A stretch of DNA of 63,315 nt, filler included, from Psammoneis japonica (lineage: Eukaryota): NCBI GenBank assembly GCA_008632985.1. It is 6 parts of 6 records of this genome, joined end to end, with 100 filler letters (N's around TTAATTAATTAA, not from the genome) between each part and the next. Parts side by side here need not be neighbours in the genome. Positions count along the whole stretch, not along the records: positions 23,514 to 50,285 come from QPGO01000399.1; 5 more parts are not named here. One strand, 5' to 3'. A model generated the notes under the pieces. That model did no database searches and was not told the origin of the DNA. It worked only from the letters and a program-made list of their open reading frames with translations. Position numbers and translations under genes: made by a program. Below are positions 26,736 through 40,299 of the stretch, piece after piece. Every line of letters begins with the position of its first letter. Position 1 is the first letter of the stretch.

Positions 26736-26910
26736 GATGCTCACATAGAGGGAGAAATGGGAGATGGTTGATGGTCAGCAGTTGCAAAAGAAGCGATGGT
26801 TGCATGAAATGAATAGCGTGATTTTGATGATTGATTTTGTTGTTTCCCCAGATTCCCAAACCACACACCGTCCGTCCTTCTCCTGTGTCATGACGTCATT
26901 GGAAAAGGAA

Positions 26911-26963
26911 AAGGAACCCGGATCCAACCTTTTTTTGAAAAAAAGGTTGGATCCGGGTTCCTT
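26911..26963. repeat. Perfect 26-bp inverted repeat with 1-nt spacer
   Basis: AAGGAACCCGGATCCAACCTTTTTTT-G-AAAAAAAGGTTGGATCCGGGTTCCTT. Confidence 0.95.
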
Positions 26964-27559
26964 GTTGGGCATGCATGAGCGAGCGAGCGCGACATGCACA
27001 GCGATGATTGACGGGACTCATTCAGTCACGTGTGAACACATTTCCTCAAAACAACACCCACCATGAGAATCGGAAATCGGAGTTGCATTTTAGACTGTTG
27101 GCAATCCTTTCAACAATGTCAATGCCATCTGCTGTTCATCACTGTCAAATGGAATCAATTTGTGTTGCTTGTTTGAAGGCAATCAGCCAATTGTGAGATG
27201 AAAACATCGACTTTGCAGTTGCGCCACGATTCGACACTCATTGTTTTCACTCTTTGCTGCATGTCGCGATCGAATCGTGTTGCACCTTTGTTTCAACATG
27301 TCACTCATTTTCTTTGTTGTGGTCGTCTCTGTCACTCATGTGCAGAGGCTTGTGAGCCAGGTGACAAGAACCCGAGGACAAGTGACAGCTGACATTTTCC
27401 GCCCTGCAAGCACAGCCCCTTTTGAATCAGAACAAGCTTGTCAACAATCATGCCAACAACACTGTTGACAATTTCTTGTGTGCTTGCATTGTCTCTTGAT
27501 GGCAAGTTGCTCATCTGCGAATGAGTCAAAAGAAGCAGATGCGAGGCTGACACCACGAT

Positions 27560-29760
27560 CAACGGTTTGGTTGCAAATGATCATCTGTCTGACGACGCTC
27601 TTTTGGTGCAAATGTTTTTTGACTCATTGCAGGATGTGTTGATTCACATTGGATTTGTGACAGCACTTTTGACTTGTTCGGTGCGTGAATCTCATTTTGG
27701 CATGTGTGGCATGGAGCTCAGCCTTGCTTGGGGCTCTTGCGTCACTCACAGAGATGGCCTCATGTGACACATTGGCACGATGTGTTTGTTTCTTGGCCTT
27801 GGATCGTTTTGGTTGTCATTCTTTAGCAGATGTGAGCAGCGGCAGTGTTGTCACACCCGGCCGTGAGGTGGCAGGGCAGCTCCATTCAATCATTCTCGCA
27901 ATGGCACCCCAGAAAGTTTGGCAACATTGTTTGAGTCTCCTGCCACACATGACGAAGCATCTTGCAGAATGGGGGGTGCGGCTGACAAAGCATCTTACAG
28001 AATGGGAGGTGCGGCGCGCAGCGCCATTGTTGTTTAGACATGCAGCAGCTGTCGTGATGGCAGACACTGCAGAAGGGCATGTGGACATTGTGAGTTGGCT
28101 TGAGAAGGTGTCGCTCGCACTGCTGCTGTCAAGCTGGGAAACAACCAATCAACAGCTGATTTTGCCAGTTGCACTTCTGTCCTTCCATGAAAGCTCTTTA
28201 ATTCCTGCTTCAATGGATTGCTTGTGCATCTCAACGACTGCGCCACGAGTCGCAAGCTAGAACGACTGACCGCATTGCAAGGGATCACGTGCGGGGGAAG
28301 CTGGTCGATGATTTCCTGGCCCCATCTTCAAAAAACACCAGAGATCTGCACATGAAACCAGCACTGTCATTGACCCTTCACCACTTTTGAATCAGATGGC
28401 CAGACAGCAGCAGGTCAGCAGAAGAAGGAACACATCCTTTTCAGGTGCTGGAGCTGTGCTCACAAACATGACTCGCTTGACCTTCGCGCAGTTCGAGCCC
28501 GCACTGCACAAGTTCCTGTCGATTTTCTTTTGGCAAACATTGGTTGCACTGAGTCGGTCGATGACATTGATGTCAATGTTGACAGGCTGCTTTGCGCTGC
28601 GCTGGCTTTGCATCTGCAATCCCCTTGGCCTTGCCTTCTTGATGCAACGTGTCTGCTCTGCAAGGAACTTGGCCTTTTGCTGACTGCAAACGAAAGCCTC
28701 CAACTGCTGCTTCAGTCGTCGTTTGAGACCTGCCAGTCTTTGTTGTGCAATGTGCTGGTTCGATCTCCCTGCTGCACTTGGCTTGTCCGACAAATTGACG
28801 CAATGAATGGAGCTCGAAGCCAGCCCCTTGATTCGGCACAGGAACTCATGTGCCTGTGGAAGGAGTCTTTCAAAAGAACAAGCGCTGCTGTTGATGCAAA
28901 TGAAGATCTCCCACCTCCAGTTGGCATGGAATCAGCGCGGTTGCAAGCCGTGGTGGCAGGGTGCATGCTTCCCTTTGGCAGAAAATCCCTCCCACCGAAG
29001 CTCACCCCAATGATTCCATCACTTGTGACAGCCCTGAAGAATGAGTCAAGCGGATCTCGACAGAGATGGAGATGCTGAAGCTTCTGTCCATTGGAGACCA
29101 TCTGAGGGTGAGGCACAGAGTGACAGAGAATGTCTGTGTCCTGTGGAACATGAGAAATCATCTGCTGGCCTTGATGTCCATGCCAAAGGCTTCATTGTGG
29201 CCGCACATGTTCTCAAGTGACAAGTCCATCAGCTTCCAAGTCACTGCACCACAAATGCCCTCCAATTTGGGCAAGAATGAAGTTGTTGAACAGGTGCAGT
29301 GCAGTCAATCTGCCACAGACAAAGTGACACTGGAGAACTCCTTGCGCATTTTGGGGGTTGTGTCGAAATTGCTGCAACGAGATGCCGATTTATTCGCTTG
29401 CTTGACAGACTTCACGGTCCAATCTCTCGTGCTTCTTGCTTTTGAGTGCCCGTTTCACAGTGCCCGATGCCTTTCCCTGGCAGCGTTTGAGTCGTCATTG
29501 TGAAGAGTCGATGCTTCTAGGACACTCAAAAAAAGGATTGAGGATTTCGGTGAAGCATCTCAGAGACACTGAAAATGACGCACACATGCTGGCGAGTTGT
29601 GTCTTGCTGCAATTGATCATCGAATCTGCCGGGATGGGAACTCGCGAGTTCATCAAGCTTCTTCTGCCCATTGTGATGTCTCTTGTGACTGACTTGTCAG
29701 TTGATTGCCTGACAATGGCTGCTCGGAGTTTTTTGCTGACTCAGTCATGATTGCCCCTCC
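27560..29760 (+). pseudogene. BTAF1: BTAF1/Mot1 N-terminal HEAT region remnant
   Basis: CFLALDRFG..VVTPGREVAGQ (family: LALDRFGD..VVAPVRE), EWEVRR (WEVRH), LPPKLTPMIPSLVTALKNE, LLLPIVMSLVTD. Multiple frameshifts. Confidence 0.7.
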
Positions 29761-30026
29761 AGCGTGAAGGGACCAGTCACATGTTGTTGGAGCAATGGAC
29801 GTCAACGATTCTGCCACAAAGGTGAGAGGACAAGAGCCAGCACACACCACCGAGACATTGTTCCTTTGTGTGAATGCAAACAAAAGGATCCAGCACTGGC
29901 TGGCTTTGATGACAGAGGGGGAAACAGCGTTGCAAGCACCGTGCAGGCAGCACCATGGCCATCGATCTGACGGCAGCATTGTTGTGCACACCGGCAACCC
30001 TGCGTTGAGACTTGCACTCCACGACC

Positions 30027-30358
30027 ATGTCTGATGAAGAGCAAGAACTGCACGACGAATTTGGAAATGAACTGGCCCTGATCTAGACAATGATTCCTCC
30101 TCTTCTTCTTTGGATGAATGTGGCAAGCATCCACAAGCTCCCAACGATGTGTCCGACGTCTCTGAAGAAGGCTGTGGCAGTGGTGCCATGGTGATCCCCT
30201 TGGATCATCAAGAAGAAGCAGAAGCAGAACCTGTTGAGACAAGGAGCATTGTCCTTCTGCCAATGAGGTTGTGGCGAAGAAGTGCGGATGGCTGTTTTAG
30301 ATGAAGACACCATGGATCTTAACGTGCCCTTGGCGGAGCCTGTTCAGACAAAGAAAAA
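30027..30358 (+). pseudogene. EFTUD2: 116-kDa U5 snRNP GTPase (Snu114/EFTUD2), N-terminal fragment
   Basis: MSDEEQELHDEFGN/GPDLD (family: LYDEFGNYIGPDL) and AVLDEDTMDLNVPLAEPVQTKK. Confidence 0.7.
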
Positions 30359-30389
30359 CGCCATTGCTGCTGGTGGTGGTGGTGGAGTT

Positions 30390-30684
30390 TCGGGTGTGTC
30401 TTGCCATTCGCGAAGCCGTCTTGGGTTCAAATCATCCAGACACGGCTGCCAGTTACAACAACATTGCTTTGGTTCTCGAACATCAGGGCAAGCACAAGGA
30501 GGCCTTGATGGAGTGTTGCAAGGCACTTGCCATCTTGGGGACAAATCATTCCGACATGGCTTCAAGGTGCAACAACATTGGTGTGGTTCTCAAACATCAA
30601 GGCAAGTTCGAGGAAGCCTTGCTCGAGTTTCAAAAGGCACTTGACATTCATCAGGCCGTCTTGGGTCTAAATCATCCACATTGA
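30390..30684 (+). pseudogene. Kinesin-light-chain-type TPR repeat fragment
   Basis: LAIREAVLGSNHPDTAASYNNIALVLEHQGKHKEAL followed by a second repeat. Confidence 0.85.
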
Positions 30685-33600
30685 TGATGACAACCACCAC
30701 AAGGAATCATCAGTGATCAGTGCGGGACCAAATGATGGCCATGGGTGAAGGAGAAGTGTGTGGAACCCCATCTGTGGAGCGTCAAAACAGTCTGTTTCAG
30801 GCTGGTGCTCCGGTCCGTGGAGAAGAATTGAGCACTTCTCTTTTGCTTCATCATTTGAGAGGGGTCTCTGACAATGTCGGCGGAGCAACTAAAAGAGGGA
30901 ACTGCTTCAGCTTCAATTTCTTTAACCCGCACGACGTGATTGAACCCTTCCTTGTCCCCAATGCACCTTGAGCTTGATTCCAATGCTGGCAGTTGTCTCT
31001 TGTCAATGGACCATGATGATGACGGTCACAGTGCTTGCGATGTCGTTGCATGCTTTGATGTTGTCCTTTTTGTTTTTGTGCCACATCAAGCAGTCCTGGT
31101 CCGAGCATGGCGAATCCACACATTGATTTACACAAGCAAAGGATCAATGACTGTGAATGTGTGCAGGTGCAGGCTGGTCACGTCAGCTCAGAACGACAGT
31201 GCCAAAAGCTGTGGCAAGAGTGAATTTGACATGGTTTGATGAGTTGTCCCATTTCTGATGACTGTTTCAGCCTTTCATTGAAGGATTCTGTCCATGGATT
31301 CTTGCGCAACAGATCTTGTCAAGGCAGTGAAGAATGTTGACAAAAGCACTGATCTCTTTGTCAGCCTTCACCATGGGAACGTTGCCAGTGCTTTGAACAC
31401 CTGGACATCGTGTGACCATTTTGTTCTCTGAGAGAAGTGGCTGCATGTCTGTTTCATCATTTTCTGCTGGTCTCACGAGATGAAATTGTTTTGCCATGTC
31501 TTGGATCAAACGACGGGAACTTTCTTCTTCTCTCCCTCATCTGCACCAACAAGGACGCCGTCATGCCACAGAAGTGGGCCAACTCGGACCCTCACTTCAT
31601 TCTGAACAGCCAAGAGGTGAAACTTCACAGCTCCACAATGTCGGCAAGTTTGTCTCTGTTTGCTTTCCCTTGAACTGGAGTGATTTTGTGTCCTTGCAAA
31701 CTGGTTTGTCGATTTTAATGATGGCATGTCTCCAGGTGCATGAGGTTGTCTCAATGGTGGCCTGCCAGTGCAAGGAAGCCAATGAGTGGGAGCTGAAGAA
31801 ACTTTGGTTGAGAAAAGGGAAGAGTCATGCTTTGACATTCATTTGACACCGGCTGCTCCAACCTCTTCGACTCTTCCCACAGGGCTCCTGTTCTTGCAGA
31901 GAAAGTGAAGAAGGTGGAGGCCACTCGTGCTGTTCATGACCTCACGGCAGCCGGAAACACTTCTCCAGATGGGAACCAGCTTTCGCAACTCAGAATGAAT
32001 TGAGCGGATCTGTTGTCTGTGGCATTCATTGGGACCTTTTCAGGATGCACAAATCCACTTTTACGAAGGGGATCTGCGGAAGCTGAAGCCGACGACAAGC
32101 CACAAAATGAAAACAAAGCATCTTTCTCCCTCCGATGTTTGCTTGCAAACCTTCAACGAATTGAGCACCGGTGTGGCTCCTGTGTGTGCTCAATCAATGT
32201 GGTTCTTTGTTGCGCTTAAAGGTTTTGGTGACATTGGATTTGACGCTTGCCTGCCGGCATGCAACACCCTTTCTTTGGTGTTTAGAAGCAGTTTTGGCAC
32301 CAGTCTTTTTCTGGGAGAGCAGGTGGACAAACCTTTTTGAGCCTCTGCCGGGGCATCCTTGGTTGTGACAGGTGTTGCCGTCTGCATGTCATCAAGAGAG
32401 GCAGATCATCAGTCACCTTGGCCAGACACAATGAAAGAAGGAGAGCTGTGACGAGAAAGTTGTTTGACTTTCTGCATGAATGGGACTTTTTCCTGTGTGA
32501 AGAACGCATTCACTGTGCACTGCGCCTTGTTTCACAGTGAAGGGTTGAAGGCAGGTTGACAGTCAAATTGGTGCCGGGCACCTCCAGAAAACGCCGGACG
32601 ATTTTGCTCACGCAATGATGACAACATGGTCGCGAATCATGGCCAAAGAGGGAAGAGTCGTTGTGCAGCTTTCCCAGCTGTTTGTGATTCAGTCTTGACT
32701 TGGACCTGCGTGTGCTTCTAAAAACTAGACCGAGTCATCAGGAAACAGCGGTTGTGGCATTGGCTTGGCTCCCACCTTCTCCTCGGCACGTTGCACGATT
32801 GGAGTTTTGAGTTGAAGGTGTCAAACTAGACTGCACCCAAGACTGCAGTGTGGGGGAAGTAGCAAAGACTCTCTGGGAGGAAATTGTAGACTTGGTGGAA
32901 GAGCGAGCGACTGTGGCAGTGGACTTGTTGAGTCAACCGGCAGCTCCATGCAATGCGAGAATCGCTTGACAAGGAGGAGTTTGAGCAAGAGTTGAGAAAG
33001 GAAGCAGGATGCGATGCAAAGGCTCTCATCAAGTGGAGCCTCCGCGTCAACAATGGCGGATTCGGCGGCAACAAAAGCACACGAGACCAAAATTGTTCCA
33101 CTGATGGAAGCCAACAAGAGGGCTGAAGAAAAGCACTCCAGTGAAATGGAAGAAGCTCAGGGGGGAAGTTCAACGGTTGGAGTTGGCAAATGCTGCGTTG
33201 AAGGTGGATCTGGACCAAGCAGAAGCAGAGACAAAATTGATCAAATCAGAGGGGAACACCAAAGAGACATGAATCGACACAGAACGGGAAAAACAGATGA
33301 TGTGATTCTCACCTTGGAAGATGCCATAGATCAGCTTCGACCAGATGAGGATGTCCCCGTCAAAAGTGATCGCGAATGACTCCTGTCTGCGATGGAAACA
33401 GCAGTGCTTGATCATTGACAAGTCAAGCTGTTGCTCATGTTGATCAAGACCACATTGCGGAGTCAGCTTGAGAGTCTGAAGAACGACAATCTCAGCATGA
33501 GCGGGGCTGGACCAAGAGATGCCAACGTCATGGATCATTTGAGTCGATGCAGGCCGAAGGCACTGGACACAGCTCCAGTCAAGACTGCACCATCCGCAGC

Positions 33601-35441
33601 AGCAACACAGGCCACCATCCTCTTTCAAAACGAGCCTTGCCCACCACCCGCAGACACACATTGGAAGACATCCAGGCAACCTTTTCCACCAAATCCAAGG
33701 CCGAATGCAACATGAAATGACTCATCGCTGGGAGTGCCCTGGGTGGCAGGACGGCAATGATTGGGAACAAGAAGTGCGCTGTGCTGCCCTGCCTCAACAG
33801 GACACCATTGGGCACAAAGAACCAATCTGGAGGAAGTGGTGGCCATTGCAGAAACATCCATCATGGAAACCGATTGTCCCGACAATTGGTTTGCAAGCCA
33901 AAATGCCGTCAGGTGGTTCGGACCGGTCAAGGAGGGTGACAGGTCACACTCTTGGGACAAGAGCGGAGCATGCATTGGTTGAATTCAGAGCTTTAAGGAT
34001 TGGGCTTGTGTTGATCACTGCTTTAGAAATGGGCGGAACAACAGGTGCTTTCAAGTTGTCGAAGAGCCCGCAAGTGAGAACAGTGCAGCACTCTCTGCCT
34101 TGAAACCTTGATGACACCACTGAATGGAAGTTTTCTGAGATGTTGTCCTCAGCTTTGTTGTTGCAAAGCCTCTGTTTTCTCTCAATCTAGCTGGGTGTGA
34201 ATGCAGCGAGCTCCAATCTCAACAGCAGGAGCGTCGATTTCAGTGACTCAATGAAGCTTCATTGAACATTCGGTTTGACCGAAACTTGACAAGGTTGTCT
34301 TCTTGGAAACCACATGGTGCAAACGCAACTGGCATCATGTTGCATTCTTTTCACTTTCGCACACTGGCTTGCACAATCTGATGGCACAAGATGGGAATGT
34401 GCCAAAACATTCATCCCACCCTGCACAGCATTCCGACTGCCATGTTGGCCAATGTCAACAAGCCACGCAAGCAGCAAAGGTGGAAAGTTGAAAGCAATCC
34501 GCTGTTGTTCTTGTCATGATGGATGTTGTTCAATGCCATGACCAGTTGAGCTCTTGTGCCAAACACAAAATGCGCATGATGCATGGATGGGCCGGGAATT
34601 GTGTGGATGAAGTGTCCAGCAAATGGTCATGGTTCTTGGTGACAACAAGATTGCACAAGGACCCATTTGATTGAAAAGCTGGAAGCACATGAGTGACAAA
34701 GTTTTGTGTTTGTTCTAGATGCCACGGAATGTTTTCCTTCCTTCATTGCCACAGAGAGGAGCCGCTGTCCTTCCTGGCGCATGAACAAAGCCATTCTGTG
34801 ATGCCAACACTTGCCTTGACATTTCCATTCTTCCACGATTCATTCTCCACATGCAAGGGTTTGGTTCATTGACTGCCGCTGACCTTGAGAAAACACAGAG
34901 TCGTTGTTTCATTGAAGCGCCAATCATGCCTGGCACACATTTTGTTGTAGAAAACACAAGTCGCGGGGTGGGACCCGCTGTCACTTGAACCTTGGTGCTT
35001 CAACAAAAGACTGACTGCCGCATCGTTTCAAGAGTCGGGTGGTCGAACTGGGGCATGAAGGGTGCATTGCTGCATTGACAAGGAAGATGAAAAGCAATGT
35101 CAGCAAACACATCTCGAATGAAAAGAAAAACAGACACGAAATCGACTTACGTTGGGGGTGCATTCGAATGCAACGTAACACAATGAGTGCACCCCATGGC
35201 AGTTTGAATTGCACAACAAACTCATGCAATGTTGGCGAGTCTTTGATGTGCACAAAAGCTGTTTTTTGCCGTGAAATGGAGTTGAGAGATGCCCCCATGC
35301 ATGCTCAATTTCCAGGGCACAAAACAAGCAGTCAATGAGTCTGGCGGTGACTCATGATCCTTGCGGATCTGCGCACAACACGCCCAGCATTGGATGAAAT
35401 GAAGACACTGTCCGTCACTCCACCAAGCCTGGGCGAGCATC

Positions 35442-36446
35442 TCAAAGAGACAGGATGGGCTGCTTTCTCCTCATTCTGTGCAACAACAGCAGCAACATCC
35501 ACAGGATCAACATCTTCAACTCTGCGTTCTCCAAATCTTGACCCTCTCCTTCAAGATCAATGCCATGTTGCAACAGCCCATCATCCACAGGTTCCTCCAA
35601 ATCGTCCATTGGTTCTTCCACATCTGGTGGATCATTCAAGGCATCGTCAGGCGCCTCGTCTGCTGCCAGAACGACTTCCTTGGCAACAGAACTGTCATCA
35701 ACGGCAACAGCAGGATCTGCCAAGGGTTCCTCTTCACCCTCTCCTTCTGGCGTGATGTCATGATGCAACAACCCGTCTTCCAAAGGACAATCTGAATCAT
35801 CCAACGGCACTTCCACGTCCAAGGCATCGTCTGGCTCCTCACGCGCTTCAACGGCTGCGTCCACCTGAACAACTTCCTCCTCGGCAACTGGATCAGCAGC
35901 AGCAGCAACAACAGGATCAGCAATGGGTCCCTCAACCACTGCATCTGCCGGAGCAACAATGGCCTTGACCGGTTCAATTGCCGCTGGAGTCCGCACCCAT
36001 CCATGCCAATGATCACACCTTGGGTGCATTTGACACTCATGAATGTGTCGGCCTGGTTTCCGCTCGTGCTCAAGCAGCGCAGCAGCCTGTTGCTCATCAT
36101 TCAGGATGGGAATGACACGAGTGTAACGTGGTTGTCGAAGAACGCCTTTGGCCACCCTGCCAGTGGGGGCTGGAGGAAGGTCACCGACAAAGACATTCTT
36201 GATCAGTTCTCCGTCCGGCAGCCACTCTAAATGCTGCTGACGACACTGCCAAGCCAGCTTGTCTTGCTCCTTGTCAACTCTGCTCAAGGCAAAGTCCAAC
36301 TTCCGATCAGACAGCACTGGAATCTTGGTTGTGTGCTTTGGATCTTGAAGAACGTTTGGAGCAGCCACGCCGGTTGGGACGGCATGATTGCGAACACCGC
36401 ACAGGTTCTGCTTCAGTCCAGTGGGTCTCCATCTGACACTCCGCAC
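35442..36446 (-). pseudogene. Uncharacterised acidic low-complexity ORF remnant
   Basis: 334-codon frame with a protein-like acidic/Pro/Ala-rich tract. No domain recognised. Confidence 0.3.
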
Positions 36447-38439
36447 CGGCGAAGCCCACAGAAAAGCCGACAGTCAGCCATGCTTTTCAAGTTTTGACGT
36501 GATGTTGCGGCACGTTTGCACTCGGTTGCTCGCAGGCTCTAAGGTGGAAACAATCAGAGGCCGGGATTGATGTTGGATGTGTCCACAATGAGCATTGTCT
36601 GTTTTAGAGCTTTTCTCTGCAATGAAATTCAGTGTTGCTGCAACAGAGCCCATTTTTCTTGGGCCCACTGCAAGTGCAGTGTGCTTCAGACCCAGAAGTG
36701 GCGTGCAGATTCTGGTGCTTGCTCCCGTGACACGCCACAAATCAAACCAGTTGAACGATCCTCCTGATGACAACATGGCAACTGACAATGAATGCATTCT
36801 TGATTGAAGACGTTGACAGGGCAAGACTGTCCTTGTCATTGAGGAGCAACCTGGCTGGGTCTGAGCTCGACGGAAACGGTCCCACAATCCAACAAAGTGA
36901 GAGCCGAACTGACAGCATTGTCTGATTTCTTTTTGCTTTGTTTTGGCAACATGAGTGCCAACACTTCACTCAGAAGCAAGTCACTGAGAAGTGCAGTTGA
37001 TTTTTTCAAACAATGCAATTCAAGTGACTCCATTGTGCACACCATGCGCGATGCCACGAAGGTCCCAATTCCAGCATTGTTTGAAGGGAGCATTGCCGTG
37101 CATCATGTGAAAAAAGTTTCGTAAAAAGGGACGACAGAGGATGATTCCAATTTAAGGCACACAGCGGGCACTGCACCAGATCCTCTTTTCTCCGAAAAGG
37201 CATTCTCTCAAAGCCACAGGCTCATTCCCAAGCGCCATCCAAAAATGATGACAAACAATTGTTGTTTTGCAGAGTGATCTAATGATGGCAAGTGTGAGCT
37301 TGCAGGCAGCCCACTCTTTTGCTTGATGAAACTCATTTGTGAGGATCCTCAGCATCCAGAGCGAATCCATGTGGGCGGCACATGGCCAGGAGAGCAGAGT
37401 GACAAGAGCAAGATCTGCCCTTTGGGCAAGGGCAAGATCAGCGACTGTTGGTGTTAAAAGCGATGAGAAACGTCACAAGCAAGTGGCAGAGATGCCAATT
37501 TGTGAAAGCCTCCTTCCTGCTTGCTTCTGGTCCATGCCTGCATGTGGTCATTGTTCTGCCCATGCAAAGGCATGGGAGACACGGGCATCAAAATGGCTTC
37601 TCAAAAAGTCTCGTTCACAAGCGTGCCAACATGTGATTTGTTTGAATCATTTGGCGTTTCACAGGATGAACATTTCGGCCCACATCTGGAGAACATCCAC
37701 AATTGTGATGAGAAGCAACACGCTTCTTGCAGGAAAATGCTTCTTTGCAACGCTGCACTGCAGTGTGTTTGACGTCCGATGCCACGTTGACACAATGTTG
37801 GTGGATGTGGACGTTGCAGTGCCCTCATGTTCAGAATCCTGTGGCTTTGATGTGCATTTTTGGCTGCTGGGGGAAGCTCAGCCATGCAGCTTTTTTTGCT
37901 CTCTCCACACAATGGTCTCTTTCTGGTGCTCTTGATCTCTCTGAAGACCTCACAGTGTCATCAATCCTTGTGGCACAAGTGGAGAATCAACAAAGTAAAA
38001 GTCATCATGTGGCCAAGCTGCCAGCATTTGATCCCCATCTTGTCATTGGCACCAGTGATTCGTCAAGGCTGGACAACTTTGGACTTTGAAGATGAACCCT
38101 TCAACATGTCCTTGACGCTCAACTGTTCTCCTGTGCCCCAATGGCATGTTTGCATGTTGTCGTCACCATGTGTCATTGACACAAGCAAAATGCCGTGAAT
38201 GGACGTTGCTTCACACCATGCTGAAACCATGTCAAGAGTCAAGAGTCGTGGCCATTGTGACGTTGTCAGTTGGACAGAGATTGGCGCAATTCGATGCATG
38301 CCATGGCAAACGTGGAGTGAGAATGTGGCATTTGAGTGTTTTTAGGATGAAGAACATTGGATGTGAGCCCACAAGTCTAGCTCACCCATCCTTTTCTGAA
38401 TGCATCGCTGTTTTTTGTTTGGCTTTCCACTTGCATTGC

Positions 38440-38850
38440 TCTCGTGTCTTTTGTTCTCAACCAATTGCACCAGGAATCTTTGTCTTGAGCATTGTCGTGC
38501 AGATGTCCTCTTGCTTTTGCGGGTGTCCGAGATGGCATGTTAGACATGCAAAAGCTGTCACCCGCCAAGAGAAGCGACGTGATGCTGAGTTGATTGACCG
38601 CTGCACTCCTGTTGGGCGTGACTGGCTTGGCGCTGGTTGTGACAGATCTCAAGCAGTTGCTTGCCTTGGCAGGTGCTGCGTGGGGGGGATGCCATCATTT
38701 GTCTGTTCCCAACCCACACGCACATTCAAAACAGCAAGGAGTCAGAAGAACCAATCAATGTGGCACTTGGCACTTGCCGTTGCTGCCGGCATTGTGGGTC
38801 TCATCATTGGAATCATTGGGACAACCATGGCTCTCAAGGGACCAAAAGCA
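38440..38850 (+). pseudogene. AAAP amino-acid transporter, C-terminal fragment
   Basis: CPLAFAGVRDGMLD (family: YPL..RD), GVTGLALVVTDLKQLLALAGA, and a final TM segment GIVGLIIGIIGT. Confidence 0.6.
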
Positions 38851-39169
38851 TGTGTTCAAAATGGATGCCACCCCAATTTCAAGAAGAAAACTTTGCCAAA
38901 AACGTTCTTTTGGCATAAAACGACTTGACAAGAACGTTGGTCCTGTGAGTCAAAGCTGTGCTGGGATGTCTGCCACCACGGTGCGGGAGGTTGGATTGGA
39001 GTGTCAGTCAGGAGCACAACCTTTGTGATTGCAGCAGAGCAATGTGTTGTGAGAGCAACTCCAAAGGTGGTGTCTAAATGCAATGGGAAGTTCGGAGCGT
39101 GACCATCGTCATCATCAATTTCATGGATTTCCTTGTTGTGCAGGTGGAAATTCAATGCCTCCCCACAAA

Positions 39170-40150
39170 TGAATGTTTGTCCAACGCTTTTGCTGTTGTT
39201 TGTTGAACATCGACAATGCCCGCAATTTGCCAATCAATGCCCAAGCTCAATGCATTCTTCCTCCAACTGGGCATTGACTCAATGCCTCCCTTCAAACAAA
39301 CATTTGTCCAATGCTTTTGCTGCAATTTGTTGAAATGCAAAAAACAGCTTTCCGACATCAATGCCCACAAAAACATCAACAATGCCCACAATTTGCCGAT
39401 CAATGCCCAAGCTCAACACATTCTTCCTCTAATTGGGCATTGACTCAACACCACATTAAATGAATGTTTGTCCAATGCTTTTGCTGCAATTTGTTGAATT
39501 GTGAAAAAACAGCTTTCCGACGTCAATGCCCACAAAAACATTGGCAGTGCCCACAATTCGCCAATCAATGCCCAAGCTCAACGCATTCTTCCCATGGCAA
39601 AAGCGTTGGATGAATGTTTGTTCAAAGGGTCCCCAAAGAGAAAAAAGTTCATCAATGTTTGCTTCGTGCGATCGTGGGATGGCGCGGAGAGACTTTTGTC
39701 TGGAGTGCGGATTCGACTCAATGCCTCCCTTCAAACAAACATTTGTCCAATGCTTTTGCTGCAATTTGTTGAAATGCAAAAAACAGCTTTCCGACGTCAA
39801 TGCCCACAAAAACATCAACAATGCCCACAATTTGCCGATCAATGCCCAAGCTCAACACATTCTTCCTCTAATTGGGCATTGACTCAACGCCACATTAAAT
39901 GAATGTTTGTCCAACGCTTTTGCTGCAATTTGTTGAATTGTGAAAAAACAGCTTTCCGACGTCAATGCCCACAAAAACATTGGCAGTGCCCACAATTCGC
40001 CAATCAATGCCCAAGCTCAACGCATTCTTCCCATGGCAAAAGCGTTGGATGAATGTTTGTTCAAAGGGTCCCCAAAGAGAAAAAAGTTCATCAATGTTTG
40101 CTTCGTGCGATCGTGGGATGGCGCGGAGAGACTTTTGTCTGGAGTGCGGA
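39170..40150. repeat. 439-bp tandem duplication built from shorter sub-repeats
   Basis: Near-identical blocks at 39461 and 39900. The atcaatgcccaagctcaa motif recurs at ~39233, 39400, 39565, 39840 and 40005. Confidence 0.9.
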
Positions 40151-40299
40151 TTTGTGTTTTTGGAGTTTGGAGATGACGCACGCCGACACCCATGCTTGGC
40201 CTTGTTTGAGCTGTTCTTCATCATCTTCATTCATGGAGGACACAGACATCACTTTTGGGAGGTCGACGGGTCATGCAAGAGCCTTGGTTTGGAGAGAAA

